Assembly: GCA_013115145.1 (NCBI GenBank)
Contig: JAAPAO010000328.1
Span: 1-38,896, forward strand
Source: Perkinsus chesapeaki ATCC PRA-425
Lineage: Eukaryota; Protista; Perkinsozoa
Reading direction: 5' to 3'
DNA: 38,896 nucleotides
Positions within the stretch are counted from its first letter, which is position 1, and the number at the start of each line of letters is the position of its first letter. The position numbers and the translations under genes were made by a program. The notes under the pieces are model-generated. The model did not search any database and was not told where the DNA came from. It saw only the letters and a list, made by a program, of their open reading frames with translations. Below are positions 1 to 9,078 of the stretch, in pieces.

Positions 1-12
1 TCTTGGCTCAAG
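1..12 (+). other. 3' part of a Perkinsus-type spliced-leader sequence (SL relic or degenerate SL RNA gene), cut off by the window edge
   Basis: Bases 1-12 TCTTGGCTCAAG equal the last 12 nt of the Perkinsus SL ACCGTAGCCATCTTGGCTCAAG, including the C that differs from the dinoflagellate TTTTGG version. Followed by TTCAAT rather than a GT donor. Confidence 0.65.
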
Positions 13-280
13 TTCAATTCTTGTGTTACGCTAGTAACAAATGGCGACGTCGGGCGCGGAGTTAGCATCCAACCCAACAACAAGTTGTAGCAATACTATA
101 ATCGTCGCTGTGAAGTGTGTAGACTATTCCGTACAATTGCCGTTTTAACATGTGTAAAAACGACGCAAGCGGACATCTTCGAATTAGCGGACAACTTGAC
201 GGTACGATCTTACTACTGCTGCAAGAATCGAAGTCTGATAGCATTCCCTTGCCAGCGCTCTCTTACAGTATCATTTTTAA

Positions 281-685
281 ATGTCAATCATATTAGCATT
301 TGTATTACTTGCCATTGCGGAAGGTGAAAGAGTCTCAGTGTTTCCAGAAGGTAACTATACCCTACAGGTGTCCAAGACAGAATACATCACATTGGACTGG
401 GAATCGACTGTTCCGACAGTTATTTACTTAGCTGCTAATTGCAGCACACGGGATAAAGCACGTTCAAGTGGGCTTAATCTTACACAGTTGATGTACAACT
501 TTTTCCGCTTCTCTCCTTCGAGCGATCCGGAGTATCTCAAGTTCATGGGTGACTTTAAAAGTATGACTGATTGTGTGGTCAAACCAGATGAGAATGATCT
601 CTATTATGTCAGGCTTGGCGAAGACCCTAAAAAATCTCTAATGGTGTACTTTGCTGGCAAAATACGGACGCTCGTCCATGAATAA
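281..685 (+). CDS. Small secreted hypothetical protein (134 aa), intronless
   Basis: ATG at 281 after a TCTTACAG acceptor-like site; hydrophobic signal peptide MSIILAFVLLAIAEG; N-glycosylation sequons NYT, NCS, NLT; two Cys; stop TAA. Confidence 0.65.
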   Translation: MSIILAFVLLAIAEGERVSVFPEGNYTLQVSKTEYITLDWESTVPTVIYLAANCSTRDKARSSGLNLTQLMYNFFRFSPSSDPEYLKFMGDFKSMTDCVVKPDENDLYYVRLGEDPKKSLMVYFAGKIRTLVHE

Positions 686-736
686 GTTCATTTCTTTCCA
701 TTTTCGGTTCTATTGCCTGTTGAGTTGTTATACAGT

Positions 737-2245
737 ATGGGGAAAGGAGAAAGCCTATTTGCGTCGATGGGCGGCCGGCAGATTAGGTCGGCATCGACGA
801 GCCCATTAGATGACGATGAGGTAGATGATAGTATCGCCGGTATTGCTGTAGTTGTCATCAGCTCCGTGAACTATTCGAGCAAGCTGATCTCAATGGTGAT
901 GGTGCACTTGATGATCGAGAGTGTACTGGACTTTGCGATGCAATTAGAATGTAATGGGCAATAACAACTCAACGTACGGTCATGGCAGACGATCGGAATT
1001 GTTCTTCGAAAGTGTAAGGAAATCTTCGCAGTGCGAGACTCGCGCGGCAAAGATTCTTCTCGCAATGAAACCGTAAGATACTTTGTTTTCGTATCTTGCA
1101 CCTCCGTATTTCAACGTTGATATGCTTACCAGAGTGCATAGTGAGTCTAAAGTGATTTATATTAAGAACCAGTATTTTAAGAACCCACCTGTGGGCTTAA
1201 ATAGCGTTGAAGTATCGAACTTTCCCTCGCAGGTTCCACGGCCTTCGTACGCCTTTAACTGAAGAGTTCTACGCTATCGTTCTAGACGAGCTAGATCCAG
1301 ACGAGACTGGCCGCATCTACTTGGACGACTTGAAGGAGCTTTACCAGGCTGTGTGGGACGAACGAAGAGTTGCCGTTCTCAACCCTGAAGCCCCTTCTCC
1401 AGACATTGCCGACGAGGAAGAAGCAAGAGCACGAGAAGCTTTGGAGGCTCTTGTTGCCGAGTTGCCGCCCGCTACACCTGCGGGGGCTACATCGATACGG
1501 TCGAGTCTGCAGCGCCAGAGTTCAGTAGAAAATGTTACCGTAGAAGTGACCGGTGATGAAATGAGTAACGAGGGTGTTGTCGAGGAGTGTGTTGAAGTTG
1601 AGGGTGACAGTGCGAGGAAGACTCTATGGAGTGTTGAAACAGATGAGGAGCTCGAAAGGGAAGAAAGCGACAATCTCGTTAATGAAGAAGCGGTCGTAGA
1701 TGTAGTCCATGGCAGCAGTCTTGTTGAGTGTGAAGGGGAAACAAATGTTGTCGGAGGTAGCAGTTGTGGTGAGTGTGAAGGGGACGTAGAGGATACAGAA
1801 GAGCGAGTAGTTGTAGAGGAGCAGCTATCAGATGATGGCATTGCGAACGGTGATGCTTCTAAAGCAGAAGAGGAGACCTCGAGTAAAGAGGAAGCTAAGA
1901 AGTTGCCATCATGTCGCGTGACATGGTAATACGGGAGGAGGCATTCGTGTTTGATTTACTCCCCGTAGTGGCCGGAGAACTTCGAATTATCGTGGCTTGT
2001 TAAATGGCGGCGAAGAAGTCGTTGCCAAGCCGTATAAGATATCGGGGGATGTGCCTATTTCATTCTTCACTTCCCAGTACAATACTCACCCGTGGGTGTT
2101 CGGCCAGGTACTGCGGTAATGGCGCCGGTATTTTTGGTATGTGCCTCTTTAGTACGACAGCCCTTTCCCGCCGCAGGCGTACGTCTCTTATCAACTCATG
2201 TCGTCCTATGATGTTAGTCGGAACTCTTCACCAAATGACCTTTAG
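737..2245 (+). CDS. Multi-exon EF-hand calcium-binding protein with acidic (Glu/Val-rich) low-complexity region
   Basis: Splicing 821-861 (GT..AG) gives LRELFEQADLNGDGALDDRE, a canonical EF loop. A second EF-like loop DPDETGRIYLDD lies in the 1207-1929 frame. Introns 1926-1968 and 2108-2152 keep frame to TAG at 2243-2245; the alternative end is TAA at 2117-2119. Middle exons are uncertain. Confidence 0.7.
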
Positions 2246-2579
2246 TCGAACTACTAATAGTAACTTGGTAGGTTGAACATGAATCATTCCTAAGCTGTCG
2301 TCTAGCTTGTAATGTCGCGTTCGGGAATTGTCGATAGGGGCTTGGTGGACGGGGCTATCTTTTAGTCGTGCTGTGGTAACACGGCCATTATTTGGCACAT
2401 GTGGCGCGCTTAGCGAATTGTGTTACGAAAGTTAAACCTGTTTGGATCCAAGTTGGTGTATAATTATTGTAATCAGAGCTGTTGAATGGTTAAACAATAA
2501 ATTGCTGGCAAATCTCCTCCAATCTTTATTTTATCGAATTGTTAAGCTCGTGAGGTGGAAAAATTGGTAAATCCAACGT

Positions 2580-2699
2580 ACCGTATACGGTCGACCACGA
2601 CGTGTATGACGCTCCGTCTTCTTGCTGTCCTGCGTGTTCAAGAAACTGTTGCAGTTCAACTGCAACGTCGAACGTGATGAGCTTGGTTGCCAAGCTCAT
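2580..2699. repeat. Cluster of three perfect palindromes / inverted repeats
   Basis: ACCGTATACGGT (2580-2591); GTTGCAGTT-C-AACTGCAAC (2648-2666); ATGAGCTTGG-TTG-CCAAGCTCAT (2677-2699). Confidence 0.8.
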
Positions 2700-2937
2700 T
2701 CATGTTGATTTTCCATGATGAAAGGAACCGCGCGTAGATTAGCCTCCTTTGCCAACCGGTCGTCCGTGGCGGCTTGCCGGCAGATATTTCGTCCAAATTC
2801 AACCGGAAGCGCGAAAGCCGGTAAAACGTATTGTGTTGTCCAGTGGCATATTCAGCCGATATGTGACACCGTATTTCTCCAGTTGACACTCCTCCGTTAT
2901 TCTGTGGCCTTGCCAACTCTGTCCCTTCCTCCCTCTT

Positions 2938-4471
2938 ATGGCTGTTTCGTCAAGTAGAAGACGTAAAGGTCCATCAGCAACACAAACGGACAGCACTATC
3001 GCTGGAGAGAAAACTCAGAGGAATCAAGTACAAAGATTCATGTTATCTTCGCGGGTCATAAATTTTCCTCAGGCGCTCGTAGCGCATAAGCGTTCCCAAC
3101 TGACGGTAACAACTCATGCCCCCATCCGGGCCGATTGGCGCTCCGTCAGATGCTGCTGGTTCTTTGTCTTGCTATCGTCTCGATTCTGGTGTGGTACGCG
3201 CAGCCATCTTCAAAGGTCGGTAGGAGAACTCAAGAGGCTCCAGTTTCGAAGGAAGCAACGTGAGATTTTTCGGGGAGAACTATTAGTGGGGAGGTTGCCA
3301 GGCACTACGACTACGACGTAATTGAGGTTATGCCACATGATCCGAAGTGCTTCACTCAAGGCTTGGAATATGACCCCTATGACGGCGCGCTCATAGAGAG
3401 CTGCGGATGGTAAGCAGTTGGTAGAGGAATGCGACTGAAGTTCAGTCACTGAACGTAACGATTTGGTCCGCGATCCTTTTGGTTTGGCAATTGTGGACTT
3501 GGGCGAAGACGAACGATTGTGTTGGTCAGGTGGAAGGAATCGAGAATAACGAAAAATGGCAAAGTCATTTATCGTTTTAAAGACGAAGAATTTGCCGAGG
3601 GGATCACCATCGGTGAAAAGGGAAAAATTCACGCATTGACATGGTGAGAATAACGGCGACAATTGAGCGGATTTCAGCACCTAGGCGAAATTACAAAGCA
3701 TATATCATCGACTCGGCAACTGGAAGAGAATTGAAGTCCGTGAAGTATCCTCATATAGGTTGGGGTTTGACATACGACCCGGATAAGAAGGTTCGGAGGG
3801 GACGGTTTTTGTGTTGCAGTGATCCACGTTACGTTAGGTGCTCTATTCGACTGATGGCAGTGACGTTTTGTATACCTTAGCCGTGGAAGACTTCAGAGAT
3901 TTATCTCGTAAAGATGGCCGGTCGAACGCCGTCGTCGAGACTCTCTTCAGAATGTAAAGTTAAAGTTGACATCGGTGACGGACAGGAAAGGAGCGTGGGG
4001 ATGTTGAATGAGCTGGAGTGGATAGATGGCATAATATATGCAAATATCTTTATGTACCCTAAGTTACCAGGGTCGACCTAAGATATGCTTTTAGGAATGT
4101 TTTGCCGCCGGTTTACCCCTATTATGTTGTTGGCATCGACCCCAGCGCCTGTAGGGTGACCAGGATTCTGGTAACTGGCTTTGATATAGCGCAGAGTTGA
4201 GTCAGCAGTTAACTTTCAGAATTTCCGAGGGATACACGAGCCCAGTGGTGACCTTAGTAACAATGTTATGAATGGTATAGCAAAGTCGAACACGTCAGAC
4301 GGGGACCTCATTGTAACCGGAAAACGGTGGAATAAAATGTACCGTGGTGATGAAGACCATGATGCTCAGAGAACTGAGTTTACAATCATATATTACCAAG
4401 TTGATTATTATAGAAGACACTTGGGCGAACAGATATCCGGACTCCGCTTTGAATTTTATACTTTACTTTGA
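2938..4471 (+). CDS. Glutaminyl-peptide cyclotransferase, plant/bacterial (beta-propeller) type, with N-terminal membrane anchor; multi-exon
   Basis: Spliced exons give LLVLCLAIVSILVWY (TM), PHDPKCFTQGLEY, ESCG, FAEGIT, LTW, GWGLTYD, TDGS, LNELEWIDGIIYANIF, VMNGIA and TGKRWNKMY, all family motifs. The 3' end is approximate. Confidence 0.9.
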
Positions 4472-4768
4472 CTTGACTTGTCTTTTATACTTTACTTTGA
4501 CTTGACTTGTCTTTTATACTTTACTTTGNNNNNNNNNNNNNNNNNNNNNNNNNNNNNNNNNNNNNNNNNNNNNNNNNNNNNNNNNNNNNNNNNNNNNNNN
4601 NNNNNNNNNNNNNNNNNNNNNNNNNCTTTTATACTTTACTTTGACTTGACTTGTCTTTTATACTTTACTTTGACTTGACTTGTCTTTTATACTTTACTTT
4701 GACTTGACTTGTCTTTTATACTTTACTTTGACTTGACTTGTCTTTTATACTTTACTTCGACTTGACTT
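4454..4768. repeat. 29-bp tandem minisatellite (TTTTATACTTTACTTTGACTTGACTTGTC)n interrupted by an assembly gap
   Basis: Exact 29-nt period on both sides of the N run (units start at 4454, 4483, 4512); the last unit degenerates near 4757-4768. Confidence 0.95.
4529..4625. other. Assembly gap (97 N)
   Basis: Run of N inside the minisatellite; true array length unknown. Confidence 1.
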
Positions 4769-5171
4769 TACGTTACTTAGTTATTATTATTTACGGACCT
4801 TATGAGTCCATATTTATCAGGTACAGGGTGAATCTGAAAGAGATGACTTCAAACCGACGAAGGCCCAAAAGCCACAGTCAACATCCATTATCAGACTTCA
4901 TAACAAGGGATGCTTTTTAACATGGTTTCTTAACAAATTGGGTTTTGCATTATCGATGATATCGATTACCAGGGCGCGCGCTTTTTACAAAAACCTGGTG
5001 GCCTGCGTCGAGCATGGTAGCGGTGATGAGCTTTGTACCTTCATAGAGGCTTTGATAAGAGACTTGGCTTTAGGGAATGCTCTGCACAGATTGGAAGGGG
5101 CCTGGTTCACCTTTTAAAGTGGTTATTACGTAAAACTATCGAAATGGAAGAAGTTTTCTTATATTTTTAAG

Positions 5172-6061
5172 ATGACCGTGGCTGGTAAGTCCTCGAAAGC
5201 TATCAAGAAGTATCTCGTCAATAAAAGTCTATTATCGTCTATAAATGATGATGCTCTACCGAATGGTTGGATGCTTTATGATACAATGTGTAGGGGGTGT
5301 CTCTAGCGACTAGCGTCACAATCACAGTGCTAGTGTGTCGGCATCCATCGAGTGGTTACTGTTCAAGTAAGGTTGCTGCTATGGACTTTGACAACACGCT
5401 CAAGCATGCTGGGGATAAATGGCAGCTGGTACGTCTGTTGTCTTTATAAGCTTCTCACTGTTGTTTATTCGTAGTAGTCGTCGTTAAGGGTGCCTCGGGC
5501 GCTTGAGCGACTCAGATTTGAAGAGGGCTACAAGCTGTGTATTTTCACCAATCAAAGTAGCATTGGTCGTATGGTGGAAAAGGAAGCGCTGATAATGCAG
5601 CTTGGCAAGATTATAGAAAGGTAATCATCTTAGTAATAGTGTGGCGGTAAGTAGGACAGGTTTGACCAGTTCATTTCGTGGCTTGAGGAGATCTGTCGGA
5701 GCGACCTTAACATTTATGTTTTTGCAGCTCTAGCGCGAGGAGACCTTCCTTGTGGGCACGACCGCTTCAGGAAGCCAGCGGTGAGATCTGGTCCGTCTCA
5801 GTTAAATATGTGGTTTCATATTAGACCGGCATGTGGCACTATATGGTTGAACAAACAAATGGAGGAGTTGATGTCGATTTGTCGAAGTGCATGATGATCG
5901 GTGACGGAGGTGGAAGGGCGAGAGATGACTCTGATAGGGACATCAATTTCGCTAAGAATATTGGGATTAGTTTCATGAATGAATCCTTCTTTCATACCAC
6001 ACGTTTCCTTTATCCCTTTGAATTCTGTGTTCCCTCTGTCGTCGTCCCTTTACATTTCTAG
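5172..6061 (+). CDS. DNA 3'-phosphatase (PNK3P-type HAD phosphatase), multi-exon, no kinase domain seen
   Basis: KVAAMDFDNTL (DxDxT motif I), GYKLCIFTNQ (motif II), DRFRKPA..GMW (motif III), MIGDGGGR..DSDRDINFAKNIGISF (motif IV); short GT-AG introns. Confidence 0.85.
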
Positions 6062-6074
6062 CCATTACCTTTAT

Positions 6075-7284
6075 ATGGTGTTTTGCCTTTCGAAAGGGTC
6101 CAGTCTTCTCCTACTTACTGGTAAGCCCCTCGCTTGTTTATCTCGTATTGTGTCTTTTTTAGTCGAAGTCTTCGTGGCGGCTGGCCTGGCGTTAGGGTCT
6201 GTTTTCATGTCAACTTGGCGTGTCGGTCCAGTAGGAATCTCTGTTGCCCATGCATTCGTCATGCGCCTTTTCCTTAGGGAAGTCAGTATCTATCTGGAAG
6301 TTACGTCGAGCGGTCGGAGCCAGACTACTCTGATTCAAGTTCGTCCGAGTCGTCACTGCCACCAGTGGTTGTTGGCTTTCCGTCGAGGAGCTACGGACTG
6401 ATTTACGTTGTTGGTAAGCTTGCCGCCGCTGCTACCATCCCTTTGGTCGATAGTAGTAGCATCCTTGTGACTCGGAACGTGGAGGTCGTTTTGTTCGGCG
6501 CTGTATCGGCAGCTGTTTTATCATGATATTTGCTTTTCGCAGTTAGTTGGCCGTGTGCCTCCTGCCGTAGGTAACCGTCGACAGTCCTGGTTAGAACTAG
6601 CCGAGTCAACATGTGATAGATGGGAGACATTCAACGCAAGCCAGCCACTATTCGCTGATGCACCACCATGTAGCATTGGTGCTACTACGAATGGGGATGA
6701 TATTATTAGGTATCGGCAAAAGTGTTGGTATAGAAAAGTGCACCGAGGACTTCAACACTCATCTTGCTGACAGGTACATGTCTTTGGTTTTGCTGGTGTT
6801 GGAGATATCTGTTTCAGGTGCCTTATGTACAAGAGAATGCTCATGTTGAGCTGGTGTGAGTATTTTATTATTGCAACTGCGACCAGCATCGAAGTCCTAA
6901 TTGGTATCGCTCTCCTCACCACAAGCTTGCTAAAGTACAGTTTGTTATTGTTAGCGATGATATGCTTTATGTAGGTGGAAGCATTATTACTTGGTGATGC
7001 TGTCCTTGTGTGCAACGCTGCTATGGGGAGGCATTGTTGGTTATTTTATATTAACATGGATATCATTCAAGAGGCTTGCGCGTTCGGGCACATTTCCCTA
7101 TCCCACAGTATCCTTTGGATTCTTCGCCAACTTTCTGGCTTGTGTAGCACTGTCCCTTATTTCCTGCGGAGTATCTTTATTGTAGGTGATAACATTGTGG
7201 GCGATCGGTCATCTGTTTATGTTGACAAAATCGATAAGGCCAGCGGACGAGCGGAAGCGTGGCCGCCACGGTCTGCTTGAGTAA
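6075..7284 (+). CDS. Hypothetical four-TM membrane protein (claudin/PMP22-like topology), multi-exon
   Basis: By-eye splicing gives TM1 LLLLTVEVFVAAGLALGSVFMSTW, a Cys-containing loop (STCDRW, PPC, KCTEDFNTHLADRCLMY), then hydrophobic segments FIIATATSIEVLIGIALL, YYLVMLSLCATLLWGGIVGYFILTW and VITLWAIGHLFML. Some junctions are unresolved. Confidence 0.5.
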
Positions 7285-7605
7285 GCGCTGTTGATGATGA
7301 TGGCTGTCGATATTGGATGTTCCTAATGATCAGTTACTATGATTCTCGTAACGAGTAGTAGCAGTTTGTATCATGCACATGATTGGAAAACCTTGTCCAG
7401 TGAATAGGGTTTTGCGTTGGGGGTGTAGGACTTAGTCGTGTGCGTGCGTGCTGAATTGTTGTGCAATCTGTCCCTTTCTGGTGCATGGCTCGTAATAGGT
7501 ATGAGTAGTGCATAGTTGTTCTCTTTTCAGTGTTGGTGGTGGTTTCACCATTCATCCTTGTGTTCATTAACAACAACAACTACACACTCATCTTCCTAGC
7601 AAACG

Positions 7606-9078
7606 ATGGCTTCAGCAAGCACTGCCGTTATTCCTACCGCCTCCTCCCTCGCCCAGATCCCCGCTGATGTAGTCAGCGTTGTCAGTACCGAAGGCTCGGT
7701 CAGAGATGAGTTGGATCTTGTCTCGCAGACGGTTGGTGTGGTCCCATTGAACGATGGGACCGCCAAGCAGCAGGCTATGTCCTCAACTGCATCTGAGGCT
7801 TCCTCCCCCAAGGAGGAGATGAAGCCAAAGAAGGATACCTGGGCCAGTAGGACTTTTGCTCCTGGTTCTTCATTTACGGCAACCATCGCTGTTATCAAGG
7901 CAACTTTGGGTGGTGCTATCTTGTCTAATACTTATATGATGGCAATTGGTGGTTATGTGTCTGCAATCACCTTGCTTATTTTCATGGCCGTGTTGAACGT
8001 GTTCTCCTTGGATATGATTGTTAGAACTGTCGAGAAGACTGGCAAGAAGTCTTATGCTGAAATTATAGAGCATCTTTATGGTCGTAAAGTGCTTTATGGC
8101 TTCCAGATTGCAATGGTTATTTTCTGTTTGGGTAGCAGTGCCTCTTATTTGGTTACTGTTGTCGATTCATTGGCACCATTATTCAATCAGCTAACTATTG
8201 ATGAGCCTCATGCTTGGTATCACATCATGCTCACTTCTAGGTATTACTTGTCACTTATCATGTTGGGTGTTATCATGTACCCCATTTGCCTGGTTAAGAG
8301 TCTCGGCTCTTTGAGATATCTTACCATTGTGAGTATCATGGGTATCTTCTGGCTTGCTATTGTTGCACTTTATCTCCTCGGTTCTAACGGTATCTCTGAG
8401 AACTTCAACTCCGGTCATGCTTACGCTCCTATTAACTGGATCTCTTGCATTGAGGGTGTCACCACTTATATCTTCGGTTTCTGCAATCAAGCAAACATGC
8501 CGGAGATCTACATGGAGATGAGCCCTAGGAGCCCTAAGAAGCTTCGTTGGGTTGCTATCTGGTCTGCTATTGTCAGTTGTGGCGTCTACTTCATCATTGC
8601 TATCCCCTTCCTTCTGGTATTCGGTAGCGATTCCCAGAGTAGCGTCTTGATCAACATGGCGGCCTGGATCCCCAAGGGTGATGTTGTTGTCATCATTGGT
8701 TTCATATGGACCGGAATCTCATTCATTGGCACTTATCCATTCATGATCTATCCCATTCGTGTTGCCCTAATAAACACTTTCAAGCCTAAGCGTGCCGACT
8801 TCTGGGGTGTCATCGTTGTCACCATCGCTGTCATCATATCTTATCTCATTGATATTGCTTTGCCCGATGTGTCCATTCTTATGGGTATTGTCGGTGCTAT
8901 AGCTGGTTCCATTCTGTGTTTCATTGCACCTGGCTATTTCTGCATTTCAACATCGAAGAGTAAGAAGTTCTTTGCCAAAGAGAACTGGTTGTATGCGTCT
9001 TTTGTGATACTTGGCTGCATCACCTTAGTCGGTGGTACCGCCATTTCGGTCTACCAGATTCTCGAGTTCTTCAGCTAG
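7606..9078 (+). CDS. Amino acid transporter, AAAP/SLC38 (Aa_trans) family, paralog 1, intronless (490 aa)
   Basis: Hydrophilic N-tail then ~10-11 hydrophobic helices; KATLGGAILS in TM1, KSLGSLRYL, FGFCNQAN, GIVGAIAGSILCFIAPG. Confidence 0.9.
   Translation: MASASTAVIPTASSLAQIPADVVSVVSTEGSVRDELDLVSQTVGVVPLNDGTAKQQAMSSTASEASSPKEEMKPKKDTWASRTFAPGSSFTATIAVIKATLGGAILSNTYMMAIGGYVSAITLLIFMAVLNVFSLDMIVRTVEKTGKKSYAEIIEHLYGRKVLYGFQIAMVIFCLGSSASYLVTVVDSLAPLFNQLTIDEPHAWYHIMLTSRYYLSLIMLGVIMYPICLVKSLGSLRYLTIVSIMGIFWLAIVALYLLGSNGISENFNSGHAYAPINWISCIEGVTTYIFGFCNQANMPEIYMEMSPRSPKKLRWVAIWSAIVSCGVYFIIAIPFLLVFGSDSQSSVLINMAAWIPKGDVVVIIGFIWTGISFIGTYPFMIYPIRVALINTFKPKRADFWGVIVVTIAVIISYLIDIALPDVSILMGIVGAIAGSILCFIAPGYFCISTSKSKKFFAKENWLYASFVILGCITLVGGTAISVYQILEFFS

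Noticed and set aside
2674-2730. Hammerhead ribozyme or C/D snoRNA at GTGATGA plus hairpin
   Set aside because: It lacks the CTGATGA...GAAA hammerhead core and any downstream CTGA box D.
4454-4768. CRISPR array
   Set aside because: Units are directly adjacent with no unique spacers; eukaryotic context; no cas genes.
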